Origin: Podarcis bocagei | Taxonomy: Eukaryota | Reading direction: 5' to 3' (one strand) | DNA: 64,000 nt | NCBI GenBank assembly: GCA_964188305.1 | Contig: OZ076887.1 | Shown here: positions 11,306-23,767 of the stretch, piece after piece | Position numbering within the stretch: position 1 is the first letter of the stretch | Layout: each line of letters begins with the position of its first letter | Translations under genes and position numbers: made by a program | Notes under the pieces: model-generated | Told to the model about the DNA's origin: nothing | The model's input: the letters and a program-made list of their open reading frames with translations, nothing else | The model's database searches: none

Positions 11306-14300
11306 CAACACCAAATTATTTGTAGGGAGAACCTTGCTCATTGCATACTCTTCATAAATAAAAAATGGTTCTAGGGCCAGAATCATCGGGCTGGTTTTGA
11401 TATAAAGTCATCAGTACAAGCAGTCTTGAGTATACGATGGAAAGATAGAGTACCTTTTTTAAATACTTTTTTATAATAAATACATAAAATAACCATAATA
11501 ATCCTTGGCATGTGGTGGGTCTGGAGAATGAGCTCATGTTATCCATTACAATTCACTGCAATTCTGCAGTGTTAATAATTCTGGTTTCCATTGTTATTCC
11601 TCCCCCTTCAGAGTTGGAAGGATAATAGATATTGGGCAAATTACACATACTTATGGTAGTTTTAGGCCAAGATATGGAAATGGGCCAAATAATACATGTC
11701 ACTTGTGTGTGTATCATTCACGTCACTAACGGTGGTAAGCACACATGATCCTGAGATCTACTCGGTGTAAAATATTAATGCAGTAGTCAGTGTCTGAGTT
11801 GCTGACCCTGCCACAACAATGGATCATTGGTGTTCCAGGTTGACAAAAAAAAAAAAAAAATCCAATTGAACTCCATCTAAACATAGATATAATAATGCCT
11901 AACTTGTATTATATCTTAACATGTTAGCTTGAAATGGAATTTTACAGAAAGCAAAATAAAGATCCTCATATTTAACATGTCATGGTGGGAGAATGAATAT
12001 ATATCATTTTGCCTTTACACAGTACAGGTGATTTTTCTTTTTGTCAATATTTATTGCATCTAAATATTAAAATGTGAATATCATGCCCTTCCTACTTTTA
12101 GGTGTTGCTCATTAAAGAGTTGTTTTTGAAACATGTCTCTGATGCCAGTCAGACCATTTTTAAAGGATACTGAAGTAAGATTCTTTTCTCTAGCGAGTGG
12201 CCGATCATGCTAAGGCTGCACTATTCAGCAATTCAACACGCTCTGACTGCTTGTTAATCAGGAGACGTGAAAAGAACAAAAGAAGAAATAAGAGGTTACA
12301 AATGCTGTTTATCAGAGTTATATTTTACATTGGGATTTCAACTCATGAAATAGGATGATTGGATGACACAGGGCTTAATATTTGGAACCGGGAGTGGAAG
12401 GTGGGTGAAATTTGTTCCGGTTTGATCCCAGTGACTCTGGCTTATTGGGAAATGGGAATAGCACGTTTGTATGCAGTTAAAAACATGTTCCGTAAATCTT
12501 TTCAGTTGCCCATTCCCTGGGTGTCGCAATAGATTAAGTCACTATGTGATGATATGACACCGCCATCACTCGTCTTCCTGGGATATTGCTAGAGGCAACA
12601 ACAAACCTGTGTCTTTGGCACATGTGAAGAAATTTAGCGCTTCAGGGGTTAAATTACACAGGCTCCCCCGTGGATCAGCTTATGCTTGGACAGTAATAAT
12701 AGCAATAACATTAATAATATAAATGCCAGAGAAAAGTGAATAGAGGGGGAGAGAAAGGAGAGAAAGATGGGCAAAGGTATTCAGAGGGAAAACAAACCCT
12801 GGCAGGCTACAAATGATGGGCTTTGTATGGCAGGTGTAGCAGCTAGAAGTCAGATTTCATAAGGCCGCTGCAAAATGCACATATACTAACACACATTACT
12901 GTGGCTTTGGAGATGGTTAGTGTCTTTGAGTGTGTTTGTGTGCGTGCGTGTGTGTGCTGTCGCTTCAGGCCATGATATCCTAGGGCAGTGTAACAAGCAA
13001 TTCGTGTCAGCTCACGGTAAAGATTATTGGTGTTTTCACTGGGGAAATATTTGCACTCCATCTTCTTTTCTATTTTTAGTGCCTGGAGCTTCCATTTAGG
13101 TAGGAAGCTGTGGAGAGAGGAGTTGAGGGAGGGAGATCTATCTGATCTTGTCCCACAATTGGTCAGAGTTACAATCCTAATCTTATTTCAGGATGGGTGT
13201 TGATGCCTGCTTGTTTTCCGAGAAACCTTTTTCGATTTGTGGACTGGTAGCTTTTAAATATTAGCTTAGGTATAGGGGAAGAAGTGAGCTATTGTTTTCT
13301 CTTCGAACGCAGTGTCTTTGAAGAATAAAAAGGTAACTCAAACAGAATAGTGCGGTGACTTATTTCTACAAGAAGCACCACACTCCTAATAAGGAGCAGC
13401 AATTTATTGTCGGGGAAGGAAAGCAATATGAATTTGTCCCCTTCAGAATTGTTGTTTATCATAATCATCTTTCTAGTGAAAAGCCTAATTTGCTCTTTCT
13501 ATACGAATATTTTAAGTGTGATTATCATAATATCATAGCGGCTGAGATTGTCCAAAATGCAACACTGACCTTGAGCGTACTTCTCCATTTAGCATGTAGT
13601 GCTTTAACATTCAGGAAACAACATACCTTCAACCTGTTTATTAATGTATAATCTGAAAACGTTAACTCTTGCTCTCTGATACATGCCACACAGATTCTTG
13701 AATTCTTTCAGCATTCCATGAAACAGCATGTGGTATTTTACCAGTGTAAATATGTATGCGATTTTTCAAGATTTCTACTGGGAATACTTCATAACTAAAG
13801 TAAGGTTTCCCCATGGCACTGCACTAGTTTACGATTTAATTTTTACTGACATTCCACCAGTCATATTATTAGCTTCACAAAATGAAAGTGAAATAATCCT
13901 GTATTAATTAAACAGAGTGACTGAATTCCCTCAGTCATCTTCTCTTTGGCTGCTTGAGACAGTAACACTGTGTGGTTCTCTAAGGAAACGTGCTAGAAAA
14001 AGAGTTTGATGGACTACTGAGGGGAGATATAGGTAATGCATTTTTAACTATACTGTATTTTTTCAAGGTACTGCCTGCCCCCTGAGCATTTCAATAGAGA
14101 TTTTAAGTTGGGGGGGGGGGAGTAACTGTTATACCTATCTATGTACTAACGTAAACAAACAGGGGCTAGCCCTGAAGAATTGTGGTTGTGGTCAGTCGGT
14201 TAGACTGCATATGTTATATTGATATATAATTATTATGACTTCTTACTGAAGAACTTTGTGCTCCACCCACCTGAGTTTATATAAGGAAAAGGGATGCAGT

Positions 14301-14536
14301 GTGCACACGTCCACACACATGCACACATGTTTGTGCTTGTATTTGAAAGCATATTTTAATACAGCTTGTCTAAAATCCAGGCAGGGTGATCATTACTTCT
14401 GCTAAATATAAGTGAAAGTGCCTGACGGTTTTAAAGTAGTAATCTACTACCATTTGCTCAAGTGTATATAAGCATGCAAAGAAATCCAGAGAGTAAGCTT
14501 GTCACTTGCTGTGTGTCTATGTGTATGTATGTCTGT

Positions 14537-14673
14537 NNNNNNNNNNNNNNNNNNNNNNNNNNNNNNNNNNNNNNNNNNNNNNNNNNNNNNNNNNNNNNNN
14601 NNNNNNNNNNNNNNNNNNNNNNNNNNNNNNNNNNNNNNNNNNNNNNNNNNNNNNNNNNNNNNNNNNNNNNNNN
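14537..14673. other. Assembly gap (N run), probably a collapsed GT-rich microsatellite
   Basis: 137 Ns preceded by gtgtgtctatgtgtatgtatgtctgt. Confidence 0.95.
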
Positions 14674-15590
14674 CCAGGGATGTGCTATACTGTACTTCCT
14701 GAGGAAGTCGGAAAGACAAATTGCAAAACAGTTTTTAACACTCCAGTGCTAATTACTTTTAGCTGAAATCAGCAACATTTGCTTCGAATAAGTGAATGCA
14801 GGATTGGTGTTTGTAAAATGAAGAAACTATTTTGCAAAAACGTCCAAGACAGGAGTATAGCCCGCAAAGGGCCTGTTACACAGAACCATTATTTAAAATT
14901 TAGCATTTCCTGACATTTTTCTATCTAATTTGAAAAGCTAAATATATCTATTTTCAATCTATTCAGAAAGCTAGATATAGCAAACCTGTTACTCTGATTG
15001 GTTCAAGATCAATTTCAGACATCCAGGATGAACATTTAACCACCTTTAATTCAAATTTAATTGAAAGAATGATGAAATTTGTTGGTGTGGAAACAGTGTA
15101 TATGGAAGTACAGTATGGGGGTATATAATGTCCTTTATATAACTTAGGATTCAAAGCAATAATGGTAATATGCATGGCAGACACAGATTTCCTCCCCATA
15201 TTTTTTCTCTCCAGTGTTCATTTTGAGTAAATATGTGCTTGGCACAATTAACTATGCTGCTTCTGCAAAGTGCCACTGAGTCTTTACTTCAGTAGCCTTG
15301 AGGTAGCTGTGGTTTAGGAGTCGGGCAATTTGGATGCAATGAGATGTCTGTAGCACTTAAGTGTGAAGGCGCTTAAAGATGTACAGTACTCTTCATGGGA
15401 ATAATTATACACACAGAGGGGATGTGAAGATGTAGACAGTGCTCAGCAGTGCTCATTGACTGGTGCAGATACTCATGACAGCTTCTCTCACCCTCCTAGC
15501 CTTGATTCCATTACTATTGCTTTTGTGGATTCCTTGAGGTAAGATTTTTACACTAGAGCATTTGATTTAGCATGTGCATATATGTGTAAA

Positions 15591-15593
<3 letters not shown>

Positions 15594-15628
<35 letters not shown>
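15594..15628. repeat. (AG)n microsatellite
   Basis: Direct reading. Confidence 0.97.
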
Positions 15629-15631
<3 letters not shown>

Positions 15632-16642
15632 CACACTCCTGATTTTGATTTTCTGTGATTTAGACATTACGTAATAAGCATTTGCTGTGATTATATTTTC
15701 ACGTGCAATTAGAAAGCATCTTTAATAAAACAAGCATTTTTAGAGTGTGCTATAGTATCTGGTAAGTTGCCTAATTTATTTCTTCATTTTATTAGAATAA
15801 CTGAACTGTAAACTGGTGTGCCCAAGTTCAAGAATGCAGTTGAAATTCCAGGCCCAGGTCTAGTCGAGGTGACATTTTGAATCCCAGGGGAGAAGGCCAA
15901 CTGCCTTTCATGAATGCATAAATTATAATGCTACGGCTGTAGTCTTCCAAGCAGCAGCACCATCAGCAAAGACAGATGCTTGCAAGGTGTCTGGTGGAAA
16001 GATAGCAATAGTTAATTTGGTGATGCGGAGGGGAAGCGCAAGATGACATGGGCATGAAAAAGGATAGCGGAAACTATGTGGACATGAAAAGCTTAGCAGA
16101 TGGAAAAGTACAGCACCTAATCATGATTTAATGAACATGATGCCATATTCCAGCAAATAATTTTTGCTTATGAACAGAGCTTTGCAGACTAAGATCTATA
16201 TGACGCTTGAACAAAGCTGCACATTCAACAAGACTTTCAAACTCTTGTGCCAGAACAGCGATTGAAATTTTATCTGAATTAAAAGAGTGGATATCCATGT
16301 GTATAGGAATGTGTTTCGATATTGATTACATATAAATTATACAGAATCAAAAGAAATCTGCTACAAACAAGTCATTTATTCTACTAAAATATTTTTAGGA
16401 AGGTGTGTTGCACTCAAATTGCACCTATTATTTTTTGCTTGTTTAGTGAAATCTGTGACGTGATAGGGTGGGATGCATCCCAGAGTATTTTTAATTCACT
16501 GCTCAGATCCAAAATTTACATCTTAATTAGAGTCTACATTTAGCAACATAGGCAGCATAATGTTACTGTTAATTATGTTTTTACTATCTGCTTTTCTGTA
16601 GTGGTGAGACCTCCAATTATGCTGTGTGGATTCTTGATTCCT

Positions 16643-16644
<2 letters not shown>

Positions 16645-16676
<32 letters not shown>
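16645..16676. repeat. (GT)n microsatellite
   Basis: Direct reading. Confidence 0.97.
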
Positions 16677-16679
<3 letters not shown>

Positions 16680-17811
16680 CATATGTATCGGAAAGCAGAT
16701 TTTCAACTCTACATGGGATAAATATATTATATACTGTTAAGTTGCTCAGCAAAACAAAGAGATGCAAATATTTCCATTGCACTTACATATATGTCTTCTT
16801 CTGTCATCTTACTTTGGCAAAAGCCGTCAAATAGATTTGGAGACAGCTGTTGTACTCTCATTTGTGAAAGGCATTAATGCATTCTGAGGGTGTGCACTGA
16901 TTTGTTTTGATCTAAAAGATTATGCCATTTACACCACAGAGTGCTTCAGTCAAAAAAAAAGTGCCAAGCAATACAGCTGAATTTGTATTAAAAAAAGTAT
17001 TTTCTATTATTGTAACAATTGTTTCATCATGATTTATTGGAATTATTTTATTCAGCAGGTAGATGGAATCAATTCTTGCTCTGAAAACAGATAATTAATA
17101 TGACATTTATGCCACATAAATTGACGAAGACTATTAGGACAAACTTGTGCTCTTGTTTAATTTTGGCGGTATTTTGATTAACAGTATCTGGAATTTTGTG
17201 TCCATTTATTTGCATTAAATGGGTTTGTCTGGTCAGCAGCTTTGATGTGCTATAGCTAGGGGTAGTGAATTGGGGGTTGGATAATTTTGTCAGTACACAT
17301 GTGAATAATGCAATACATTTGCTTCCACATTGAAAATATTCTTGAAGTTTTTGTGCAAGTTTGTACATAGGTAGCTGAGGCACAAATAGTTATCAGACCA
17401 TTACATTTTAGCTGGCACAGCTGGATATAGTGCTGTTTTTTCCAGAACTGAATCTGCTGACTTTAATGAGACATATGACCAAGTTACTGCATATAGGCAT
17501 GGAGCCTTAGCTCTGCTGAAGAGCCTAATCTGCATTATTTGAAAGTAAGTTTCCTTGAAATCAATAAGACTTAAATTCAAGTAAAGACAGTTAATACTTA
17601 TAAAAGATATTGATCAATAAAATACCTCTTATTATTTCACGGAGATGGCAAAACATATATTCTCCACAACTGCATGGTCTAGTTTCTGTGCAAGTTATGC
17701 ATTCAATTCTCTTCAGTTGAACCCTGTCACTTTTTCACAGTGATGAAAATACAAACACTGCTAATCTTACTTGTTTACAAAAGTCAACAATGCAGAATGA
17801 TAGCATATAGA

Positions 17812-18199
17812 CCCCTTAACTCAGAGTTTAGAAATGTAGAATAGAATTTAGGTGAATCATATGAAGGGGGAGAAATTAACAGTTCAATTCCATCCATGTT
17901 TATTCATAAGTAAACATGCTTAGGATTTCAGATGACATACAAATCCCTCAACATGTTTACTCGGCAGTAAACCCCAGCGAGTCAACTGAAACTCATTTCA
18001 GAGTATGCATTCATGTAGCCAATCCATGTTTACTCAGAAGTCAGTCCCACGAAGTTACCTGGGAGCTTTCTTCCTGCAAAGGAAGCGCGCTGTGAGGCTG
18101 CAATCCTATACACGCTGACGTGGAGCTAGGGAAGCAAACAAACCCTGTGCAGCTCCGGAGCGGCTGCCTTCCGAGTAAGCATGCATAGGATGGGGCAGC
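17812..18199. repeat. Cluster of ~4 decayed ~85-bp hairpin repeats abutting the promoter
   Basis: Repeated catgtttactc(a/g)g(a/c)agt motifs and caatcct...aggat termini. Confidence 0.55.
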
Positions 18200-18645
18200 G
18201 AGAAGCGCTGCTAATCGGTCACGACGCGAGATCGCAAAACAAAACAGAAAACACGGACACCCAACAATGCAATGGGAAAAAAGAAAAGAGAACGGCAGCG
18301 CGAAACTTAATACCTTCTGATGAAATCTTCCCCAAAGGAACTGAGGCTTGCAACTCCTTCCTGCCAAACTGTCTTTTAAGAAGCAGAAAGCGTTTGGTCA
18401 CCCTAAGGAGTTAAAGCTAGAGTTAAGACACAGCCGCGCTTTGGAAGCCCTTTTGAAAACGTTGCATCGTTTATATCTGCGCGTTCTCACTTGTCGGTTA
18501 TTATTATTTCTTCTCCCTCTGCCTCCCCCCGCCCGCCCTTTCCCCGGTCCCTCCGCCCGTCTCTACCTGCCGAGCTCCGCTCAATCTGTGCAGCCTCTGC
18601 TCTCGCCGGCGCTGATTGGCTGACGCCCTACCAATCCGCTCTCTG
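18050..18645 (+). promoter_or_regulatory. ESRRG: CpG-island proximal promoter of ESRRG
   Basis: Sharp rise in CpG/GC relative to the AT-rich flanks. GC boxes (ccccgcccgccc ~18526-18538, ctccgccc ~18551). Inverted CCAAT (ATTGG 18615-18619), half-CRE TGACG (18621-18625) and CCAAT (18631-18635) directly before the gap that holds the exon. Confidence 0.8.
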
Positions 18646-18914
18646 NNNNNNNNNNNNNNNNNNNNNNNNNNNNNNNNNNNNNNNNNNNNNNNNNNNNNNN
18701 NNNNNNNNNNNNNNNNNNNNNNNNNNNNNNNNNNNNNNNNNNNNNNNNNNNNNNNNNNNNNNNNNNNNNNNNNNNNNNNNNNNNNNNNNNNNNNNNNNNN
18801 NNNNNNNNNNNNNNNNNNNNNNNNNNNNNNNNNNNNNNNNNNNNNNNNNNNNNNNNNNNNNNNNNNNNNNNNNNNNNNNNNNNNNNNNNNNNNNNNNNNN
18901 NNNNNNNNNNNNNN
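18646..18914. other. Assembly gap (N run) covering the TSS, 5'UTR and most of the first coding exon
   Basis: 269 Ns. Confidence 0.99.
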
Positions 18915-18921
18915 AAGAAGA
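18915..18921 (+). CDS. ESRRG: Visible 3' end of the ESRRG long-isoform first coding exon (...EEE); remainder lies in the N gap
   Basis: (g)AA GAA GA|GTAGGT immediately after the gap. GA joined to the first G of the 63837 exon gives E-E-E-L-L-C-R-M, the known ...HYEEELLCRM junction. Located just downstream of a CpG island/CCAAT promoter. Confidence 0.85.
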
Positions 18922-21900
18922 GTAGGTACCTTTCTTCTTATTTCCCCCTTCCTTTCCTCTTTTTTATGTTATTAAAAAATAATAATAATAACCCTCTTCC
19001 TACTTTTATTCCCCCCCAGAACCCGGGGCTTGGGGAGAGCATAATAATAGCAATAGTATTAGAGCGCTGAATGCTAGCGTTGTTTCAGGTAATGCTTTCC
19101 GGGTTCTGTGTGCATGATTGGGGCTGCTTGTGTCTTCCGTCTTTTGTGCCCGGCTTTATCTGCTAATTCAGTAAGTGGGAGAATTGTTCTCTCTCTCTCC
19201 AACGTTACCTTTTGAGTCGCAACGCAAGCGGTGCGACTGTCACAGAAGGGGGGGGGGGTGAGGGAAGCACTCCCCCCTCCCAAAACAGCTGTGTGAGTGA
19301 CAGTCACTTCTTATTCAGGTACTAAGAATAGGCACTTGGCACAAATGCAGAGTGAATTGTCTAAATAGACATTTCAGAAAGACACATTTATCCCCCCCCA
19401 CTTTCCCCCCTCCCCAACAGAGTTTAAGAAGGACGTATTCTGAGAACAGGATTTAAATATTTAGGACCTTTTCAGTTAGATATTTTGATCTTTCTGGTGT
19501 TTATAGCTATGCATAGTTAGGAGGGGGAATCAGCCCAACTGTTTAATCCCACTTTAAGGATAGTGCTCTGTAATTAAGTAGAACGTAACGTTCCAGTCAT
19601 TTAGTGACAAATCGGTCTATTAGAGAGCAAGGGAAGGGTGTGTGCATGTGGCACTTCCTGAGCCAGTATTTTGTTTCAATTGGAATATAGGGTTTTAATG
19701 TTTTTTTTTAAAAAAATAATCATTTCCGCAATTGGTACTATTAATTTATTTATCACACACAATAAAGTACTGTAGATGCTTCGTGTATTCAGTACATTTA
19801 ACATGCCTCTTAAAGGCACATAGTTTAATGCATGTTTTCTCAGCTCTTATCGGAGAGCAGAGCAAAGAGTGGGGAGATTCCAAATGCAAATTTGACAGCC
19901 TAGAACTTGGAGAGCTTGTAAACTTAATTCTGGGCTAAATACTACGCACTGTGGAAGCTGTCAGTTGACTCAGCCCTGGACAGAATGCATAGTGTGGCTG
20001 TACTAGGAAGTGACAGTGTGTTGTGGGTACATGCCCACTAGCTGTCCATAGTGTCTGCATATTATTTTGGTGAGTTGCAATTAAGTCAGAGTTGTGTGGG
20101 TTTCTTAAAGTGCTTTAGACGTTCAGAAATAATATAGACAATAAAAGAGCTTGCCAATCGGAAACTGGTATAGTGTGTGTGCGGGTGGTAAGAGGCAGGA
20201 TTCCTCGTTCACCTGCAGAAGAAGGTAAATAAACAGTAGTAGCATGCTCACTGAGATACGGTTTATAGATCAGTACTCAGTAAGTTGATGTGCAGTGTGG
20301 TCTAAAATGTCTTAATCTGTGCATAAGTGCAGTTGTCACTGTTCCAAGTTGAGATGGGTGGTTTTCTTTGGTGGGGGAAGTAGGAGGAGGATAGATTCTA
20401 AAGTTAGGACGATGTTCTTTTTTTAAGGAGCTTTCTTGAATTTACCTTCTTAGAGCTAATTTGAATGATTAGTTTTGATAAGCCGCTTAAAGTAGATGCA
20501 TTTAAATGAAATCGGGGCACGTGTCTTTTTGGCTCTGGTGGAAGATTCAAACTATTCTCTCTCCCCACTACAATTAGCACTCTTCTCTCCCCCCCCCCTG
20601 CCTCTGTTAAAAGTCTTCCAGATGCAAGGCTAGGTGGATCTGTGGTTTCGTGGGCAGGCAGAACTCTAATGCACTGCAACACATCTGTCTGTATGTCTCA
20701 ATTAATAAACCACACCGCCTTACTTGCTATTAATATTGCCAGTAATTGTATTTTTGTTTTGTGGCATATAATGCACACCAAACTACAAAGGCAGCTCAGA
20801 GATTAAATAAAAGTAGTGGACTACTTCTAGAGCTTGCACTTTATTGAGTGTGTAATGTGGTGGTGGGGAGGGAAGCCAGGCTAAAAACTGACAGAACATT
20901 TGGGGAGCACATAGACATCTGCCTCACTGACATTAGGTATGCTTTGATATCTGGATAGCGCATGTTAAAGAATGCAAAAACTTAAAGCCAGCTGCAAACC
21001 TTGCTATTGCCTTTTCAGCAAAACCAGTAATACTAATAATTTCAAATAGCAGTTAATAATGGAACAGATGCAACAAATATAGTTGCTGATTTACGCGTGT
21101 GTTTGTCACTTTAATTGTTCTAAATGAAACGGTGTGCTCATAATGCAAAATCTCAAACCTCTGATTAAAATGTAACATTGACTAAAGGATTAAAGAGCGG
21201 ACTTAATTTTACTGACTGTTTTAACAGTTGTCACAGCTGTTGGAAGAAGGAAAGGCAATTGAAACACTCCAAAAAAGGGGAGGGGGAGGAACTAGCTTCG
21301 TAAATTTAAACATGATCTCTGAATGCCAGGCATAGAGAGGCAAATAGATTTGTGACTTCAGATATCTTCTCTGAGCTGTGTACGTTTACCTCTGTAGCTC
21401 TGTCCGTTTCATGAATTTGAACCCTCGACCTCTTCCACACTTCCCCCATTAAAATACAACAGGACTGAAATGAGGCACAGCTAAAGTGAATGTCACAGTG
21501 TACATTATTTTAGAAACCAACTTGTTTTGTAGTAAATGTGATATGCCAAGAACTGAAACTTAGGATGGATGGCTAAAATTTTAATAGTGAACACTGATGT
21601 CGGAATTGGGAGACCAAAGATACTTGAGGGCTTTGAAAGATTGTTTACAGATTTCACTGTCAAAAACAGCATAAATGTGAGAGCTACTTTGCTGGAGTCT
21701 TCATTTTCTTCTTTGTCAATATCACTTATTTAAATGTGTGTTACTTCCTCCCTCCTTTTATTGCATAGGTCTTATTTCCAGTAAAATTTGATCTGGAAAA
21801 TCTATGCAATATTTGCTGTGGGGGAGGGGTAGCTGATAATTAATAAGAAGAAAGTTAATGCTCCTTATTATGACTGCAAGGGTAGACTTCTTGAGGTGAG

Positions 21901-23686
21901 GGCTGCCTATATCATGGATGTGATAAATGTCCTATATAAATAAGAACACATCATCTGTGGGTAAGAACACTATATGTGTATTAATATAATAGGGCGGTAT
22001 GTATGGGGAAGAAACCTAAAGAACACTGTCCCCTAAATTCAAATACAGCAAGGTGTAAGCATGCCTACTGGTTAAATGAGAATGAGTGTATGGCTTTTCC
22101 TATTCGGTTCTTACACGTCTACCCAAATGGGCCTTGTCATACACTCCCTTACTATATTTTCCAAGTTTGGATTTCTTTGTTCATATGCCTTTTCTGCAAG
22201 TTTTTACAGCTGTCACAGAGTGCAAAGAGCTGGTGCTGAAATGGCTGTCTGACAGCTTTTTATTTGCTGGGCCTGACCTCCCCCCCCCTTTTTTTTTTAG
22301 TAGTGGTTGCTCCTTTTAATGTGTTTATGGTTCTACTCTTATTTACTGAGCCTGGTGTGTTGCAGCAGTAATTAACCTGTGTTATTAGCAAAGCCCTTGT
22401 GAATATCCATTAATTCTCTTGAATGGATGATCATTCCCCCCCCCCTGTTATTCTCCCCCCCCACTTTCTCCCCAAAGGTTTGCTGTCCCATTTTAAAGCA
22501 ATTCTTACCTTAAGACTTTTTTTGTAGATATACTTTGGAAATAATTTATATTACGGGGCATAACTAATACTCTTGATTAGTTGTCTTAAATACACTTAAG
22601 AAGTGTGAAGAGGGATGGATCTCATCACATTATTCTTTTCTTCTCCTGATAACAACAGAAACAAACCTATGTTGTTGTTTTTTGGCGAAGGATGATGGTT
22701 CAGGAGATGACTTCTGTGGGTTTTATCTGATTTGAAGTTACCTTGGGTATCACTTTGGGAATTTAAAGAAAGGAAAAACATATTAAGCCTGCAAAGGGGG
22801 GGGGGGGAATACTTCCGCTTGGACTGCTGAGGAAAGATAAGGACCGCCTCATTAGCCAAGCCCTACTTTTGCAATTAATTTCAGAATGCATGGCACTATA
22901 CATCAAACACAGAAGGTAACTTGTATGTGATTATTTTTAGACAATTCCTGAAACCCCTTCTCATTTTAAGGCAGAGGCTAGTATTTTATGCAATCTTAGG
23001 TTAATAACATGATGCTATATTCTATTTTCTTTCTTTTTTATTTGCAGTGTGGTTAAATAGTCTGGCAAACTTCCTGGTATTGAACATTTCTGATGCACAG
23101 TGACCTTTGGCTTTGGTATCGCTGCAAAAGTGTATAGAAATGAACACCAATATTTATTGACACTCTTCAAAGCAATGGCCCTTTATGAATATTCTTGTTA
23201 TCCTATTATCAGTCAGTAAAAATGCTGAATGTAAGAAATATGGGATAAATATGGGGTAAATAAGAAATATGGGAGAGCATCTGTCTAGAAGTTTAAAGCA
23301 ACTCTTTATATTACGTATGCCTTGGTCTCTGCTTCATAACACATTCATTGGGGACAGAAACAATAAACATTGATATCTACCTAGTGCCTCTCTAGCCCTA
23401 GCAAACTCTCAGGAGGAAATCTGTGATTATGCTGGGCTGGTTTGGTTTTTATCTCTTTTACATCCAGTGGCCTTGTATTAAATTGTCATTGTCCTAAAGC
23501 ACATGAGAGAGAAATGAATTGCACTTCTCGACATGCTCTGACAGTGAAATATTTAGCTTCTCTGTCTCCAATCATACTCATGTGTATATGTTTGATAGTG
23601 CTGGAATGACAACCAGCAGTCTCCTGCAGTCTGAGATCCGCATTTTACATATTCTCCACATTTTTGGGGAGGATTCACTCTCTCAT

Positions 23687-23688
23687 TT

Positions 23689-23764
<76 letters not shown>

Positions 23765-23767
23765 TCC
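23687..23767. repeat. (TTTC)n microsatellite
   Basis: Direct reading. Confidence 0.97.

Noticed and set aside
14447-14766. ORFs spanning N runs (also 18491-18975)
   Set aside because: Artefacts of assembly gaps; only the terminal EE before 18922 is meaningful.
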